This document shows, in pieces, positions 1-12,904 of a stretch of 64,000 nucleotides of DNA. The notes beneath the pieces are model-generated. The model was not told where the DNA came from. It was given only the letters and a program-made list of their open reading frames with translations, and made no database searches. Both the position numbers and the translations under genes were made by a program. This DNA comes from Escherichia coli (GTDB taxonomy: Bacteria > Pseudomonadota > Gammaproteobacteria > Enterobacterales > Enterobacteriaceae), in the NCBI RefSeq assembly GCF_024298765.1, contig NZ_CP101210.1; one strand, 5' to 3'. Within the stretch, counting starts at the first letter, position 1; every line of letters starts with the position of its first letter.

Positions 1-119
1 ACGTGAACCAGAGTTTTACTCATCCAGCCCACCACCAGCAGCGCCACTACCAGTAAATGCAACATAATCTGCCAGCAACTTAGGCCAGTTGCGACACGAA
101 CACGTTGTTGCCACTTCAT
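1..119 (-). CDS. ybhQ: inner membrane protein YbhQ, N-terminal part (gene runs off the window start)
   Basis: Minus-strand ATG at 117-119; translation MKWQQRVRVATGLSCWQIMLHLLVVALLVVGWMSKTLVH matches YbhQ N-terminus; divergent to ybhP as in E. coli. Confidence 0.7.
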   Translation of the reverse strand, partial: MKWQQRVRVATGLSCWQIMLHLLVVALLVVGWMSKTLVH

Positions 120-251
120 GGCTTCTCTCCTGAAGAATTTATCTCTACTTATTCAGAGTACCGAACTTTACGGAAAATTCCGTAAGACCGCACCTTTTTG
201 TGACGCCGACTACACTATTTCAATGAGATAAGAGGCAAAGACAGGAAAATT

Positions 252-1013
252 ATGCCCGATCAAACACAACAATTTTCGTTCAAGGTGCTCACCATCAATA
301 TTCACAAAGGCTTTACCGCGTTTAACCGACGCTTCATTTTGCCGGAACTTCGCGACGCCGTGCGTACCGTCAGCGCCGATATTGTTTGCCTGCAGGAAGT
401 GATGGGCGCGCACGAAGTTCATCCGCTGCATGTGGAAAACTGGCCCGATACCTCGCACTACGAGTTTCTCGCCGACACTATGTGGAGCGATTTTGCCTAC
501 GGTCGCAATGCCGTATACCCGGAAGGACATCACGGTAACGCCGTTCTTTCACGTTATCCCATTGAACATTATGAGAATCGTGATGTTTCGGTCGATGGTG
601 CGGAAAAGCGCGGCGTGCTCTACTGCCGCATTGTGCCGCCGATGACCGGGAAAGCGATTCATGTGATGTGCGTACATCTGGGCCTGCGTGAGGCACACCG
701 TCAGGCGCAGCTTGCGATGCTCGCCGAATGGGTGAATGAGCTACCGGACGGCGAACCGGTATTGGTAGCGGGTGATTTCAACGACTGGCGGCAAAAAGCT
801 AATCATCCGTTAAAAGTGCAGGCCGGGCTGGATGAGATTTTTACCCGCGCCCACGGACGCCCGGCGCGCACGTTTCCGGTGCAATTTCCTCTACTACAAC
901 TGGACAGGATCTACGTCAAAAATGCCAGCGCCAGCGCGCCAACCGCGTTGCCGCTGCGGACATGGCGACACCTTTCTGATCATGCCCCTTTAAGTGCGGA
1001 GATTCATTTATGA
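252..1013 (+). CDS. ybhP: endonuclease/exonuclease/phosphatase family protein YbhP
   Basis: 253-aa ORF; recognised YbhP sequence; stop overlaps clsB start (ATGA). Confidence 0.9.
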   Translation: MPDQTQQFSFKVLTINIHKGFTAFNRRFILPELRDAVRTVSADIVCLQEVMGAHEVHPLHVENWPDTSHYEFLADTMWSDFAYGRNAVYPEGHHGNAVLSRYPIEHYENRDVSVDGAEKRGVLYCRIVPPMTGKAIHVMCVHLGLREAHRQAQLAMLAEWVNELPDGEPVLVAGDFNDWRQKANHPLKVQAGLDEIFTRAHGRPARTFPVQFPLLQLDRIYVKNASASAPTALPLRTWRHLSDHAPLSAEIHL

Positions 1014-2251
1014 AATGTAGCTGGCGCGAAGGCAATAAGATCCAGTTGCTGGAAAACGGCGAGCAATATTATCCCGCGGTGTTTAAGGCGATTGGAGAGG
1101 CACAAGAACGCATCATTCTTGAAACGTTTATCTGGTTTGAGGATGACGTCGGCAAACAGCTGCATGCGGCGCTATTGGCAGCAGCGCAACGCGGGGTAAA
1201 AGCGGAAGTCTTGCTGGATGGCTACGGTTCGCCGGATCTCAGCGATGAGTTTGTCAATGAACTGACGGCAGCTGGCGTGGTGTTCCGCTACTACGATCCC
1301 CGCCCTCGCCTTTTTGGTATGCGCACCAATGTGTTTCGCCGGATGCATCGCAAAATTGTGGTGATCGACGCGCGTATTGCCTTTATTGGCGGGCTGAACT
1401 ACTCCGCCGAGCATATGTCCAGCTACGGTCCAGAGGCTAAACAGGATTACGCAGTACGCCTTGAAGGGCCGATTGTCGAAGATATTCTCCAGTTTGAGCT
1501 GGAAAACCTGCCTGGACAGAGCGCGGCACGACGCTGGTGGCGACGTCATCACAAAGCGGAAGAGAACCGCCAGCCGGGAGAAGCGCAGGTATTGCTGGTC
1601 TGGCGCGATAACGAAGAACATCGCGATGATATTGAACGTCACTATCTGAAAATGCTCACTCAGGCGCGGCGAGAAGTCATTATCGCCAACGCCTACTTCT
1701 TCCCCGGCTATCGATTTTTACACGCCTTGCGTAAAGCGGCACGGCGCGGGGTGCGGATCAAACTGATCATTCAGGGCGAACCGGATATGCCGATTGTCAG
1801 AGTCGGTGCGCGCTTGCTGTATAACTATCTGGTTAAAGGCGGCGTTCAGGTATTTGAGTACCGCCGCCGCCCGCTCCACGGCAAAGTGGCATTGATGGAC
1901 GATCACTGGGCGACAGTAGGGTCCAGTAATCTCGATCCGCTCAGTTTGTCACTGAATCTCGAAGCAAATGTCATCATCCACGATCGTAATTTTAACCAGA
2001 CGCTGCGCGATAATCTGAACGGCATTATTGCCGCAGATTGTCAGCAGGTCGATGAGACCATGCTGCCGAGACGCACCTGGTGGAACCTGACTAAAAGCGT
2101 GCTGGCGTTCCACTTTTTACGCCACTTCCCGGCGCTGGTCGGCTGGCTTCCGGCACACACACCACGTCTGGCGCAGGTTGACCCGCCCGCTCAGCCGACA
2201 ATGGAAACGCAGGATCGGGTAGAAACTGAAAACACGGGGGTAAAACCCTGA
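1010..2251 (+). CDS. clsB: cardiolipin synthase B (phospholipase D family)
   Basis: 413-aa ORF with two HKD motifs ([16 protein letters not shown]); operon position ybhP-clsB-ybhN. Confidence 0.93.
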   Translation: MKCSWREGNKIQLLENGEQYYPAVFKAIGEAQERIILETFIWFEDDVGKQLHAALLAAAQRGVKAEVLLDGYGSPDLSDEFVNELTAAGVVFRYYDPRPRLFGMRTNVFRRMHRKIVVIDARIAFIGGLNYSAEHMSSYGPEAKQDYAVRLEGPIVEDILQFELENLPGQSAARRWWRRHHKAEENRQPGEAQVLLVWRDNEEHRDDIERHYLKMLTQARREVIIANAYFFPGYRFLHALRKAARRGVRIKLIIQGEPDMPIVRVGARLLYNYLVKGGVQVFEYRRRPLHGKVALMDDHWATVGSSNLDPLSLSLNLEANVIIHDRNFNQTLRDNLNGIIAADCQQVDETMLPRRTWWNLTKSVLAFHFLRHFPALVGWLPAHTPRLAQVDPPAQPTMETQDRVETENTGVKP

Positions 2252-3207
2252 TGAGTAAATCACACCCGCGCTGGCGCTTAGCAAAGAAGATCCTCACCTG
2301 GCTGTTTTTTATCGCGGTGATTGTGTTGCTGGTGGTCTACGCCAAAAAGGTGGACTGGGAAGAGGTCTGGAAGGTCATCCGCGACTACAATCGCGTTGCG
2401 TTGCTCAGTGCGGTCGGGCTGGTGGTCGTCAGTTATCTGATTTACGGCTGCTATGATCTGCTCGCCCGCTTTTACTGCGGTCACAAACTGGCGAAGCGCC
2501 AGGTGATGCTGGTGTCGTTTATCTGCTACGCCTTCAACCTGACGCTTAGTACCTGGGTCGGCGGCATAGGTATGCGCTATCGTTTGTACTCGCGGCTAGG
2601 GTTATCGGGCAGCACTATTACGCGGATTTTCTCGCTCAGTATTACCACCAACTGGCTGGGCTATATTTTGCTGGCCGGGATTATCTTTACCGCAGGCGTG
2701 GTGGAGCTGCCGGATCACTGGTATGTCGATCAAACCACGCTGCGTATTCTCGGCATTGGCTTATTGATGATTATCGCGGTTTATTTGTGGTTTTGCGCTT
2801 TCGCGAAGCACCGCCATATGACCATCAAAGGGCAAAAGCTGGTGCTGCCTTCATGGAAATTCGCCCTCGCCCAGATGCTGATTTCCAGCGTTAACTGGAT
2901 GGTCATGGGAGCGATAATCTGGCTGTTACTTGGTCAAAGCGTGAACTATTTCTTTGTACTGGGCGTGTTGCTGGTTAGTAGTATTGCCGGGGTGATTGTG
3001 CATATTCCGGCGGGGATTGGTGTGCTGGAAGCGGTGTTTATCGCACTACTGGCTGGGGAGCATACCTCCAAAGGTAGCATTATCGCCGCCCTACTCGCTT
3101 ACCGTGTGCTGTATTACTTTATCCCACTGCTGCTGGCGCTGATCTGTTACCTGCTACTGGAAAGCCAGGCGAAGAAGCTACGAGCGAAAAATGAAGCGGC
3201 GATGTGA
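2251..3207 (+). CDS. ybhN: inner membrane protein YbhN
   Basis: 318-aa polytopic membrane ORF immediately after clsB (overlapping stop/start). Confidence 0.88.
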   Translation: MSKSHPRWRLAKKILTWLFFIAVIVLLVVYAKKVDWEEVWKVIRDYNRVALLSAVGLVVVSYLIYGCYDLLARFYCGHKLAKRQVMLVSFICYAFNLTLSTWVGGIGMRYRLYSRLGLSGSTITRIFSLSITTNWLGYILLAGIIFTAGVVELPDHWYVDQTTLRILGIGLLMIIAVYLWFCAFAKHRHMTIKGQKLVLPSWKFALAQMLISSVNWMVMGAIIWLLLGQSVNYFFVLGVLLVSSIAGVIVHIPAGIGVLEAVFIALLAGEHTSKGSIIAALLAYRVLYYFIPLLLALICYLLLESQAKKLRAKNEAAM

Positions 3208-3242
3208 AGTTCGGTTAAGTTCTTTAGTATGTGCATTTACGA

Positions 3243-3632
3243 CTAATGAAAAAACCGCGTATGCCTTTGCCAGACAAGCGTTATAGCTATCGCGGCAAGT
3301 ATCCCAAAGAAGCCGATAAAATAGTAATAGAGTGTTAATGCACCTGTAAAAGCGCAACTAACCGGACTCCACAACTCTTCGCTATGGCATTTTCCTGCCA
3401 GTTCAAGGAGCTTATTTCGTCCATGCGAGATAATGCCTGACCATAAAACAATCATTAAGCAACTTATTACCCAAATGGGCCGTTCACTCATTAATGCGGC
3501 ATTCCTGATGATCACCAGGGCCAGTCCTGCGGTTGTCACCAAACCCAAAGCGGTAATGAGCCATATGCCGTTTAATATCCTGGCTTCGTGCTGAAAATCT
3601 AATTTATTGCTGCTTTGCGAGTATGATTCCAT
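3243..3632 (-). CDS. small predicted inner membrane protein (occupies the ybhM position)
   Basis: 129-aa hydrophobic ORF between ybhN and ybhL; identity not verified from memory. Confidence 0.5.
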   Translation of the reverse strand: MESYSQSSNKLDFQHEARILNGIWLITALGLVTTAGLALVIIRNAALMSERPIWVISCLMIVLWSGIISHGRNKLLELAGKCHSEELWSPVSCAFTGALTLYYYFIGFFGILAAIAITLVWQRHTRFFH

Positions 3633-3789
3633 TCTTTTAGTTATCCTTAGAAAAAATATTAATATTCACCATCAATAAATTTAAAGCCACGCATACAAAA
3701 TACTTTTGTATTTATGGATACGGAAAACACTTCCGCTCGGCCATAAGGCATATTTTATACCTGGTACTTGTTAAGTGTCGTTTTTTCGT

Positions 3790-3822
3790 AAGAAAAAAAT
3801 CCCGACACATGGCCGGGATATT
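3790..3822 (-). terminator. rho-independent terminator downstream of ybhL
   Basis: GC hairpin (tcccggccatgtgtcggga on minus strand) followed by T7 run. Confidence 0.5.
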
Positions 3823-3837
3823 GATGGTGAAAAAGAA

Positions 3838-4542
3838 TTAACGGCGGTTGCCGAAGATCCGCAACAACATCAGGAACAAGTTGATGAAGTCCAGATACAA
3901 GGTTAACGCGCCAAGAATGGAATATTTGCGCAGGTTCGACGTGTCGCGGGTATCAATCTGCTCACCCATATTTTTCAATTTCTGCGTGTCATACGCCGTC
4001 AATCCGACAAAGACAATCACGCCAATGTAGGTAACTGCCCACATCAATGCTTCGCTTTTCAGCCAGAAGTTGACCAGCGATGCCAGCACAATGCCGATTA
4101 ACGCCATAAACAGCATATTGCCAAAGCCGCTTAGATCGCGCTTCGTGGTGTAACCGTACAGGCTCATTGCGCCAAACATTCCGGCAGTAACGACGAAAGT
4201 ACTGGCGATAGAAGCAGCGGTATAAACAATGAAAATACTGGAAAGCGTAAGACCCGTCAGCGCCGAATAAAGCATAAAGAGCATCGTCGTCACACCTGCG
4301 CTCAGCTTTTGAATCATCGCTGATAACACAATAACCAATGCTAATTGCGCGATGATCAGACCGATTAAAAAGACACGGTTAGTGAACAACAGCTCCATCA
4401 CGGCCGCGGAATTAGCCGCATACCAGGCAACAAATGCGGTCAGCAACAAGCCAACGGTCATCCAGCCATAGACTTGCGCCATATAAGTTTGCAAGCCAGC
4501 CCGGGGTTGTACAATTGAATCAGAACGTGGGAATCTGTCCAT
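3838..4542 (-). CDS. ybhL: BAX inhibitor-1/YccA family inner membrane protein YbhL
   Basis: 234 aa from internal ATG (MDRFPRSDS...) preceded by AGGAG; the 339-aa ORF-track start is an upstream extension. Confidence 0.9.
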   Translation of the reverse strand: MDRFPRSDSIVQPRAGLQTYMAQVYGWMTVGLLLTAFVAWYAANSAAVMELLFTNRVFLIGLIIAQLALVIVLSAMIQKLSAGVTTMLFMLYSALTGLTLSSIFIVYTAASIASTFVVTAGMFGAMSLYGYTTKRDLSGFGNMLFMALIGIVLASLVNFWLKSEALMWAVTYIGVIVFVGLTAYDTQKLKNMGEQIDTRDTSNLRKYSILGALTLYLDFINLFLMLLRIFGNRR

Positions 4543-4678
4543 GACTTTCTCCTGAAGATATAAGGAATATCTTAAGGATACTGCAAAATGATGAGGCTGT
4601 GCATCGACGCAGCGTAAACGCATGTACTGAGCGGTGAAATTGCCGGACGCAGCGGTGCCTGATCCGGCTAACAAAAAA

Positions 4679-5131
4679 CTACCAGCGTTTTGCCGCCTGC
4701 TGATCGCTCTCCCGAGCTTCAACCCAGCGGTCGCCTTCCGGCGTGGCCTCACGCTTCCAGAACGGTGCGCGGGTTTTGAGATAATCCATAATAAACTGCC
4801 CGGCTTCAAACGCACTGCTGCGATGCGCACTGGTGACACCGACAAAAACGATTTCATCGCCCGGCCATAATTCCCCGATGCGGTGAATCACCGTGACGCG
4901 CCCCAGCGGCCAGCGGTTACGCGCTTCATCGACAATTTCTGCCAGTGCTTTTTCAGTCATCCCCGGATAGTGTTCGAGGGTTAATGCTTTGACGCTGTCG
5001 CCAAGGTTATGGTTGCGCACCTTACCGGTAAAGGTGACTACCGCACCGTCTTCATCACGCTCCGCCAGCCACGGATACTCTTCTCCTACGCTGAATGGCT
5101 GCGGGCCGACAACAATTTTGGTTTCTGCCAT
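4679..5131 (-). CDS. moaE: molybdopterin synthase catalytic subunit MoaE
   Basis: 150-aa ORF, recognised MoaE sequence; last gene of moaABCDE. Confidence 0.95.
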   Translation of the reverse strand: MAETKIVVGPQPFSVGEEYPWLAERDEDGAVVTFTGKVRNHNLGDSVKALTLEHYPGMTEKALAEIVDEARNRWPLGRVTVIHRIGELWPGDEIVFVGVTSAHRSSAFEAGQFIMDYLKTRAPFWKREATPEGDRWVEARESDQQAAKRW

Positions 5132-5132
5132 C

Positions 5133-5378
5133 TTAACCTCCAGTTACCGGCGGGAAGAAAGCCACTTCGTCGCCGTCAGTCAGCGGATGGTCAAAACTCA
5201 CCAGCGTCTTGTTGACGGCAGCCAGCAATTTGCCATCTTCCAGCGCCAGCGCCCAGCGATCGCTCTGCGCAGCCAGGTGCTGGCGTAACGCTTCAACGGT
5301 TGGGAAATCCGCAGCTACTTCGGTTGCATCTGTTCCTACCAACTCGCGCACCTGGGCGAAAAAAAGAACGTTAATCAT
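5133..5378 (-). CDS. moaD: molybdopterin synthase sulfur-carrier subunit MoaD
   Basis: 81 aa from MINVLFFAQ... ending in GG; ORF-track 102-aa version is an upstream extension. Confidence 0.93.
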
Positions 5379-5856
5379 CCGCTTCCACCTTAAAGTCACC
5401 TGATTTGCCGCCGCTCTTTGCCAGCAAACGTACCGGACCAATCACCATATCTTTTTGCACCGCTTTGCACATGTCATAAATGGTCAGCGCCGCCACGGAG
5501 GCCGCGGTTAACGCTTCCATTTCGACACCGGTTTTCCCGGTCAGGCGGCATAAGGTTTCTATACGTACCCGATTGTGCTCCGGCTCGGCCTGTAAATTGA
5601 CTTCAACTTTGCTGAGCATCAGCGGGTGACACAGCGGGATCAGATCCCAGGTGCGTTTTGCCGCCTGAATACCGGCGATACGCGCAGTGGCAAATACGTC
5701 GCCTTTGTGGTGGCGACCATCAATAATCATCGCCAGCGTCTCGCTGCGCATGGTGACAAAGGCTTCCGCCCGCGCTTCACGCACGGTTTCCGCTTTGGCG
5801 GAGACATCCACCATGTGTGCTTCGCCAGCGGCGTTGATATGGGTCAGTTGCGACAT
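5371..5856 (-). CDS. moaC: cyclic pyranopterin monophosphate synthase MoaC
   Basis: 161 aa from [19 protein letters not shown]...; overlaps moaD start by 8 nt. Confidence 0.95.
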
Positions 5857-5858
5857 AC

Positions 5859-6371
5859 TTATTTCTTCAAATGTGGATGGAAATTGCATGGACGTGTACG
5901 GGCATCGAGCTGCGGCGCGATGATATTTTCCCACGCGGTGCGGCACGCTTTGGTCGAACCCGGCATGGCGAAAATCAGCGTTTTGTTAGCGACGCCCGCT
6001 ACCGCACGAGATTGCAACGTTGAGGTGCCAATCTCTTCAAACGACAACATCCGGAACACTTCACCAAAACCTTCAACTTCACGGTCGAACAACGGCAGCA
6101 GCGCTTCGGGAGCCTGATCACCTTCCGTCAGGCCAGTACCACCCGTAATCAATACCACTTGTACATCGTCGCTGGCGATCCACGCAGATACCTGAGCGCG
6201 AATAGCGTAGCGGTTTTCTTTCACAATGGCTTTATCGACAACGTGATGGCCCGCTTCCTGCGCCGAATCGCGCAGATAGTGACCGGAGGTATCGTCTTCT
6301 TCACCACGACGATTAGAAACCGTAAGAATAGCAATACGGGTCGGGATAAATTCAGTGCTTACCTGACTCAT
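5859..6371 (-). CDS. moaB: molybdenum cofactor biosynthesis protein MoaB
   Basis: 170-aa ORF, MoaB/MogA fold signature (GGTGLTEGD). Confidence 0.95.
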
Positions 6372-6392
6372 CTGATCTCTCCTTTTGACGTT

Positions 6393-7382
6393 TTAGCCGC
6401 CAATGTACGATAAGTTTTGCGTAATACCGGTGTTGTTTTGATGCAGGAAATGGGTCTGTTTCTTCTCCCGCAGCGCCGCTGAAATACGCGCTTCCAGCGC
6501 CTGTTGCTGGGTATCGTCTTCCAGCAGATCGCGCAGGTTAACGCCGCCTTCACCAAACAGGCAGAGATGGAGTTTACCAATGGAGGAAACGCGCAGGCGG
6601 TTGCAAGTGGCGCAGAAGTCTTTTTCATACGGCATGATAAGGCCAATCTCTCCGGCGTAATCCGGATGACAAAAGACTTGCGCGGGACCGTCGCTGCGTT
6701 GACGTAATTGGTGGATCCAGCCGCGACGCAGTAGCTCGTCACGCAGAACCTGACCAGAGATGTGATGCTTACGGAAGAGCTCGCTGCCCTCACCCGTTTC
6801 CATCAATTCGATGAAACGCAGCTGGATAGGGCGATGCTGGATCCAGTTCAGAAAGGTGTCGAGCTGATGATGATTAACATCACGCATCAGCACGGTATTG
6901 ACTTTGACCTTCTCAAAACCGGCCTCAAATGCAGCATCGATCCCTGCCATGACCTGGTTGAATTTATCCTGCCCGGTAATGGCATGAAACTGGCGAGCGT
7001 CAAGGCTATCAACGCTGACGTTGATGCCAGTAAGTCCCGCATCGCGCCAGTTCGCCACATCGCGTTCCAGACGGTAACCATTGGTGGTGACCGCAATCTG
7101 GCGGATAGCGTCGTTTTCCCGCACAGCGGCGATGATATCGGTAAAGTCGCGGCGTAAAGACGGCTCACCGCCTGTCAGGCGCACTTTTTCGGTGCCCAGA
7201 CTGGCAAAGGCGCGCGCAACCCGGCGAATTTCATCGACGGTAAGAAAGCCTTTATTGGTGACGCCGCTCGGTTTGTAGCCATCCGGCAGGCAGTAGGTGC
7301 AACGAAAGTTACACACATCAGTAATCGACAGGCGCAAGTAGTAAAACTTACGCGCAAATGCATCAGTCAGTTGTGAAGCCAT
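6393..7382 (-). CDS. moaA: GTP 3',8-cyclase MoaA (radical SAM)
   Basis: 329 aa from [31 protein letters not shown] (CxxxCxxC radical-SAM motif); ORF-track start is an upstream extension. Confidence 0.95.
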   Translation of the reverse strand: MASQLTDAFARKFYYLRLSITDVCNFRCTYCLPDGYKPSGVTNKGFLTVDEIRRVARAFASLGTEKVRLTGGEPSLRRDFTDIIAAVRENDAIRQIAVTTNGYRLERDVANWRDAGLTGINVSVDSLDARQFHAITGQDKFNQVMAGIDAAFEAGFEKVKVNTVLMRDVNHHQLDTFLNWIQHRPIQLRFIELMETGEGSELFRKHHISGQVLRDELLRRGWIHQLRQRSDGPAQVFCHPDYAGEIGLIMPYEKDFCATCNRLRVSSIGKLHLCLFGEGGVNLRDLLEDDTQQQALEARISAALREKKQTHFLHQNNTGITQNLSYIGG

Positions 7383-7384
7383 GT

Positions 7385-7530
7385 ACACCTTTCCAGATAC
7401 GGGAGGCGAAGTCATTTCTTCCTTCGCCCTGGTGGCAATCTTTACGAGCATTGTCACGGCCAAAGCACCGTATCAGTTGACCCAGGTGCAGAGGCTAGAG
7501 TGTTTAGTGGTTAAGCCGATACTAGCGTGT
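7385..7530 (-). promoter_or_regulatory. moaA leader; expected location of the molybdenum-cofactor (Moco) riboswitch
   Basis: Placed from known E. coli moaA leader organisation; RNA structure not verified here. Confidence 0.4.
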
Positions 7531-7718
7531 AAATGAGATTTTTACCATCCACACTTTCGCTATGTAATCATGTATATAGCGTCATGATCGTGCTATTTCG
7601 CTACAGAATAAGGGAAAATGGCGGTTTTACTTTGATATACATCATCAGGAAGGCATAGCGTACATCGTCCTTTAGAGGTAGAAGAAAATAGTTTGTATCC
7701 TCAATATTGGCAGGTTAA

Positions 7719-8687
<969 letters not shown>

Positions 8688-8739
8688 CGGAAAGCCGAAG
8701 GAAAATTCCGGCTTCCTATTGAAGACAAAGTGCGCGTTG

Positions 8740-8845
8740 TTTATGCCGGATGCGGCGTGAAAGCCTTATCCGGCCTACAAACCGCGCTAATTCAATGTAT
8801 TGCAGAGATCATGTAGGCCTGATAAGCCTAGCACATCAGGCAATT
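8740..8845. repeat. REP/BIME elements between convergent ybhK and uvrB
   Basis: gccggatgcggcgtgaaagccttatccggcctaca and atgtaggcctgataagcctagcacatcaggc REP-type palindromes. Confidence 0.8.
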
Positions 8846-8878
8846 TTGCTTTTGTCATCTGTCTTCTTCGTTATCCTG

Positions 8879-10900
8879 TCACGAAGCCGCAATGAACAAC
8901 TCACGCAGCTGATGCAACTGGTCACGAATTTGTGCCGCTTCTTCGAACTCCAGATTCTGCGCGTGTTGCATCATCAACCCTTCCAGTTCATGGATTTTCT
9001 GCTGCAACGCTTTAGGCGACATATCCATCGGCACATTATCCGGCTCAACAATCGGTCGCGATTTTCCTCTGCCCTTCGCTTTGGTTTTGGCAATGTTCTG
9101 CCCCAGCGCCAGGATATCGACCACTTTCTTGTTCAAGCCTTGCGGCGTAATGCCGTGTTCCTCGTTGTACTTCTGCTGTTTCTCGCGGCGACGTTCGGTT
9201 TCGCCAATCGCTTTCGCCATTGATGGGGTGATCTTATCACCGTAGAGAATCGCTTTACCGTTAACGTTACGTGCCGCACGACCAATGGTCTGGATCAACG
9301 AACGTTCGGAACGCAGGAAGCCTTCTTTGTCAGCGTCGAGGATCGCCACCAGCGAAACTTCCGGCATATCCAGACCTTCGCGCAGTAAGTTGATCCCTAC
9401 CAATACGTCGAACTCACCCAGACGCAAGTCGCGGATAATCTCCATACGTTCGACGGTGTCGATATCTGAGTGAAGATAACGCACGCGCTCACCGTGTTCT
9501 TCGAGATATTCAGTGAGATCTTCCGCCATCCGCTTGGTCAGAGTTGTAACCAGTACGCGTTCGTTAATTGCCGCTCGCTGACGAATCTCCGATAGAAGAT
9601 CATCGACCTGTGTCGCCACTGGCCGCACTTCGATAATCGGATCAAGCAATCCGGTTGGACGCACCACCTGATCCACCACATCGCCGCCGGATTTTTCCAG
9701 CTCGTAATTACCCGGCGTCGCCGAAACATAGATGGTTTGCGGCGCTAATGCTTCGAACTCTTCAAATTTCAGCGGACGGTTATCCAGCGCTGATGGCAGG
9801 CGGAAACCGTACTCCACCAGCGTCTCTTTACGCGCCCGGTCACCGCGATACATGCCGCCAATTTGCGGAATGGTAACGTGAGATTCATCGACCACCAGCA
9901 GCCCATCAGCAGGCAGGTAATCAAACAGCGTCGGCGGTGGCTCACCCGGTCCACGACCGGAGAGGAAGCGCGAGTAGTTCTCAATTCCGGAACAGTAGCC
10001 CAGCTCGTTCATCATCTCCAGATCAAACTGGGTACGCTGGGTCAGCCGCTGCTCTTCCAGCAGTTTGTTGTTTTCCAATAGCACTTTACGTCTGGCAGCC
10101 AGCTCTTCTTTGATCTCCTCCATCGCCTGGACGATGCGCTCGCGTGGCGTGACGTAGTGCGTTTTCGGGTAGATGGTAAAACGTGGAATAGTGGAAACAA
10201 TCTGCCCGGTGAGCGGGTCAAATAACGACAATCGTTCCACTTCCTCGTCAAACAGCTCCACGCGAAGTGCAATGTCATCCGATTCTGCTGGGAAGATATC
10301 AATCACCTCACCACGAACGCGGAAAGTACCACGCTGGAATGCCTGATCATTACGAGCGTATTGCAGCTCCGCCAGTCGGCGCAGGATCGCGCGCTGATCG
10401 ATAATCATGCCGACCGTGAGATGGAGCATCATCTTGAGATATAAATCAGGATCGCCCAGACCATAAATCGCGGAAACAGACGCCACCACAACCACATCAC
10501 GCCGCTCCAGCATCGCTTTGGTGGCGGACAAACGCATCTGTTCAATATGTTCGTTAACCGAGGCATCTTTCTCAATGAAGGTGTCGGAACTCGGTACATA
10601 GGCTTCCGGCTGATAGTAGTCGTAGTAGGAGACGAAATATTCCACCGCGTTTTCCGGGAAGAACTCTTTCATTTCGCCATACAACTGGGCCGCCAGCGTT
10701 TTGTTGGGCGCAAGTACCATGGTAGGGCGCTGAAGGTCAGCAATGACATTGGCAATGGTGAAGGTTTTCCCGGAGCCAGTCACGCCAAGTAACGTCTGGT
10801 GCGCCAGGCCATCTTCCAGCCCCTCTTCGAGACGTCGAATCGCCTCTGGCTGATCGCCAGAAGGTTTAAAAGCGGAATTCAGTTTGAACGGTTTACTCAT
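8879..10900 (-). CDS. uvrB: excinuclease ABC subunit B
   Basis: 673-aa ORF, recognised UvrB (Walker A GVTGSGKT, helicase motifs). Confidence 0.97.
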
Positions 10901-10973
10901 GAGTCGCTACCTGAAGGAGTTGGGCGGGCAGGTATGTAATTTTACTCGTCGTACTTAATTATGCCAACAAATT

Positions 10974-10994
10974 ATACTGGATAAAAAAACAGTT
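10974..10994. promoter_or_regulatory. LexA box in uvrB promoter
   Basis: atACTGgataaaaaaaCAGtt, CTG-N10-CAG SOS-box geometry ~75 bp upstream of uvrB start. Confidence 0.8.
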
Positions 10995-11478
10995 CCTCAC
11001 CATAATATTTCTGTTACAGCGTAAACTCCGCTGTCAATCATGAGCAAAATTTACTCTGTGACGAGATAAAACTCCGGCCTTACCGGGTTATCCCCAAAGC
11101 AACGGCTTTTTTAACATTTGTCAAGATGAGTGATGACAGTTTTATGGCAAGAGATGCCTCTTCAGTGACTGCCATTGCAATTATCTAACCAGTTAAAAAA
11201 TAAAAGATATTTCTTTGAGCCGTCTTTAACGCCAATTCGCGTGCAAGCCGCGTATTCTCTCGCTTGCCTCGTGTTTTCTAACTCTAATACACATGGTTAT
11301 CCACAGGAATAGTGGATAACTGTCTGCAGCCCCTATCCCCCGCCGCCTGGGCAATTCCCACATACATCGCATGATGCGGAAGTAAAATTTTTTTCGTGAT
11401 TATTTTAGAATTTAATTGGTTAAATTGCAGTCAATCGAAGACGCGATCTCGCTCGCAATTTAACCAAATACAGGATGG

Positions 11479-12156
11479 CTACAACAAGGCAAGGTTTATG
11501 TACTTTCCGGTTGCCGCATTTTCTGGATTTTCTGCAAGCCAGGGGATCTCTCCCAGCAGCGGCGCGGGAATCATGCGGGTGAGCGTGGTCATATATTCAG
11601 CGTGACGTTTTCCCGGAGGCGTGACATCATTCGCCACCCAACCCGCCAGAGTCAGCCCGGCGTGTTGTATTGCCTGTGCCGTCAACATCGCGTGATTAAT
11701 ACAGCCGAGTTTCACACCAACTACCAGTATCACCGGCAGTTGTTCCTGTGTTACCCAATCCGCAAAAGTGAAAGTGTCAGAAAGCGGCGTAAACCAGCCG
11801 CCAGCACCTTCCACTAACACCCAGTCAGCCTGTTGTTCAAGCGCGCGTAATCCGGCGCTCATTACCAATGATTCTATCGGCCTGCCCTCTTGTGCGCTGA
11901 TGATGTGCGGCGAAGTGGGTTCTGCGAAGGTGTAAGGATTTACCGTTGCGTAATCCAGCTGCAGGCTGCTGTTGTGCTGTAACGCCAGCGCGTCACTATT
12001 ACGTAAGCCTTCCGGGGTCTTTTCGCTGCCAGAGGCGACCGGTTTATAACCTGCCGTCCGATAACCTGCTGCCTTCGCGGCTTGTAAAAGTGCACAACTG
12101 GCGACAGTTTTCCCCACTTCGGTATCCGTTCCGGTGACAAAATAACGTTTACTCAC
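11479..12156 (-). CDS. bioD: dethiobiotin synthetase
   Basis: 225 aa from GTG ([17 protein letters not shown]-loop); overlaps bioC end. Confidence 0.93.
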   Translation of the reverse strand: MSKRYFVTGTDTEVGKTVASCALLQAAKAAGYRTAGYKPVASGSEKTPEGLRNSDALALQHNSSLQLDYATVNPYTFAEPTSPHIISAQEGRPIESLVMSAGLRALEQQADWVLVEGAGGWFTPLSDTFTFADWVTQEQLPVILVVGVKLGCINHAMLTAQAIQHAGLTLAGWVANDVTPPGKRHAEYMTTLTRMIPAPLLGEIPWLAENPENAATGKYINLALL

Positions 12157-12904
12157 GAGCAATTACTCCCAAAAAAAGATGATACGTCAGAGGATATCGC
12201 CCCTGTTGCTGCGGCCAGGACAGTTGCAATCGCTGCAACTGCGAACGCGTTAATATTCGTGGGTAGCGCCCTTCATGAAGATGCGTGGCACCGATGCCTT
12301 TCAGCGAACGCATAGCACTGAGCGCATCATCAAACCACAGCGTGATGGGCTGAATATGATGTTGATAATGCACGCCGTTCAGCGACAGTTCGATTTCATC
12401 TGGCGGTAAAAAGCGATTAGCATGCGGGCGCTCGTCCACCGCCTGCCACGCCTGATGTAATTCAGGGAGCGATCCCTGCACCAGCGTGGTAAACGCGACC
12501 ACGCCTCCGGGGCGCACCACCCGATACAGCTCGCGAAGTGCCGTGGATAAATTACCGCACCACTGCACCGCGAGATTGCTCCATGCAAGATCGAAGGTTG
12601 CAGTCGCTAACGGCAGGGATTCGATATCTCCCGCCAGATAATGGTCTGCGGCATCCTTCTGGCGTGCCTGAACAAGCATTGGCGGCGAGAGATCTAACGC
12701 CGTCACCTGCGCGTGACGTTTCCGCCAGTGGCGGCTCATCCAGCCAGGTCCACAACCCGCGTCCAGTACGTGGGTGTATTTACGCTGTGGAAGCATTGCC
12801 AGTAAGACGTCAGCACTCTGGCGCTGTAACTCTGCGTGTTGCTCATAGTGCGCGGCTGCCCGTCCAAATGCCGCAGCAATGGCTTGTTTATTAACCGTTG
12901 CCAT
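12149..12904 (-). CDS. bioC: malonyl-ACP O-methyltransferase
   Basis: 251 aa from [17 protein letters not shown]...; SAM-MTase motif VLDAGCGPG. Confidence 0.93.
   Translation of the reverse strand: MATVNKQAIAAAFGRAAAHYEQHAELQRQSADVLLAMLPQRKYTHVLDAGCGPGWMSRHWRKRHAQVTALDLSPPMLVQARQKDAADHYLAGDIESLPLATATFDLAWSNLAVQWCGNLSTALRELYRVVRPGGVVAFTTLVQGSLPELHQAWQAVDERPHANRFLPPDEIELSLNGVHYQHHIQPITLWFDDALSAMRSLKGIGATHLHEGRYPRILTRSQLQRLQLSWPQQQGRYPLTYHLFLGVIARE

Noticed and set aside
3838-4857. 339-aa version of ybhL and 78-aa plus-strand ORF at 4634-4870
   Set aside because: The extension lacks an RBS and runs into the moaE terminator region; an AGGAG-preceded internal ATG gives the canonical 234-aa protein.
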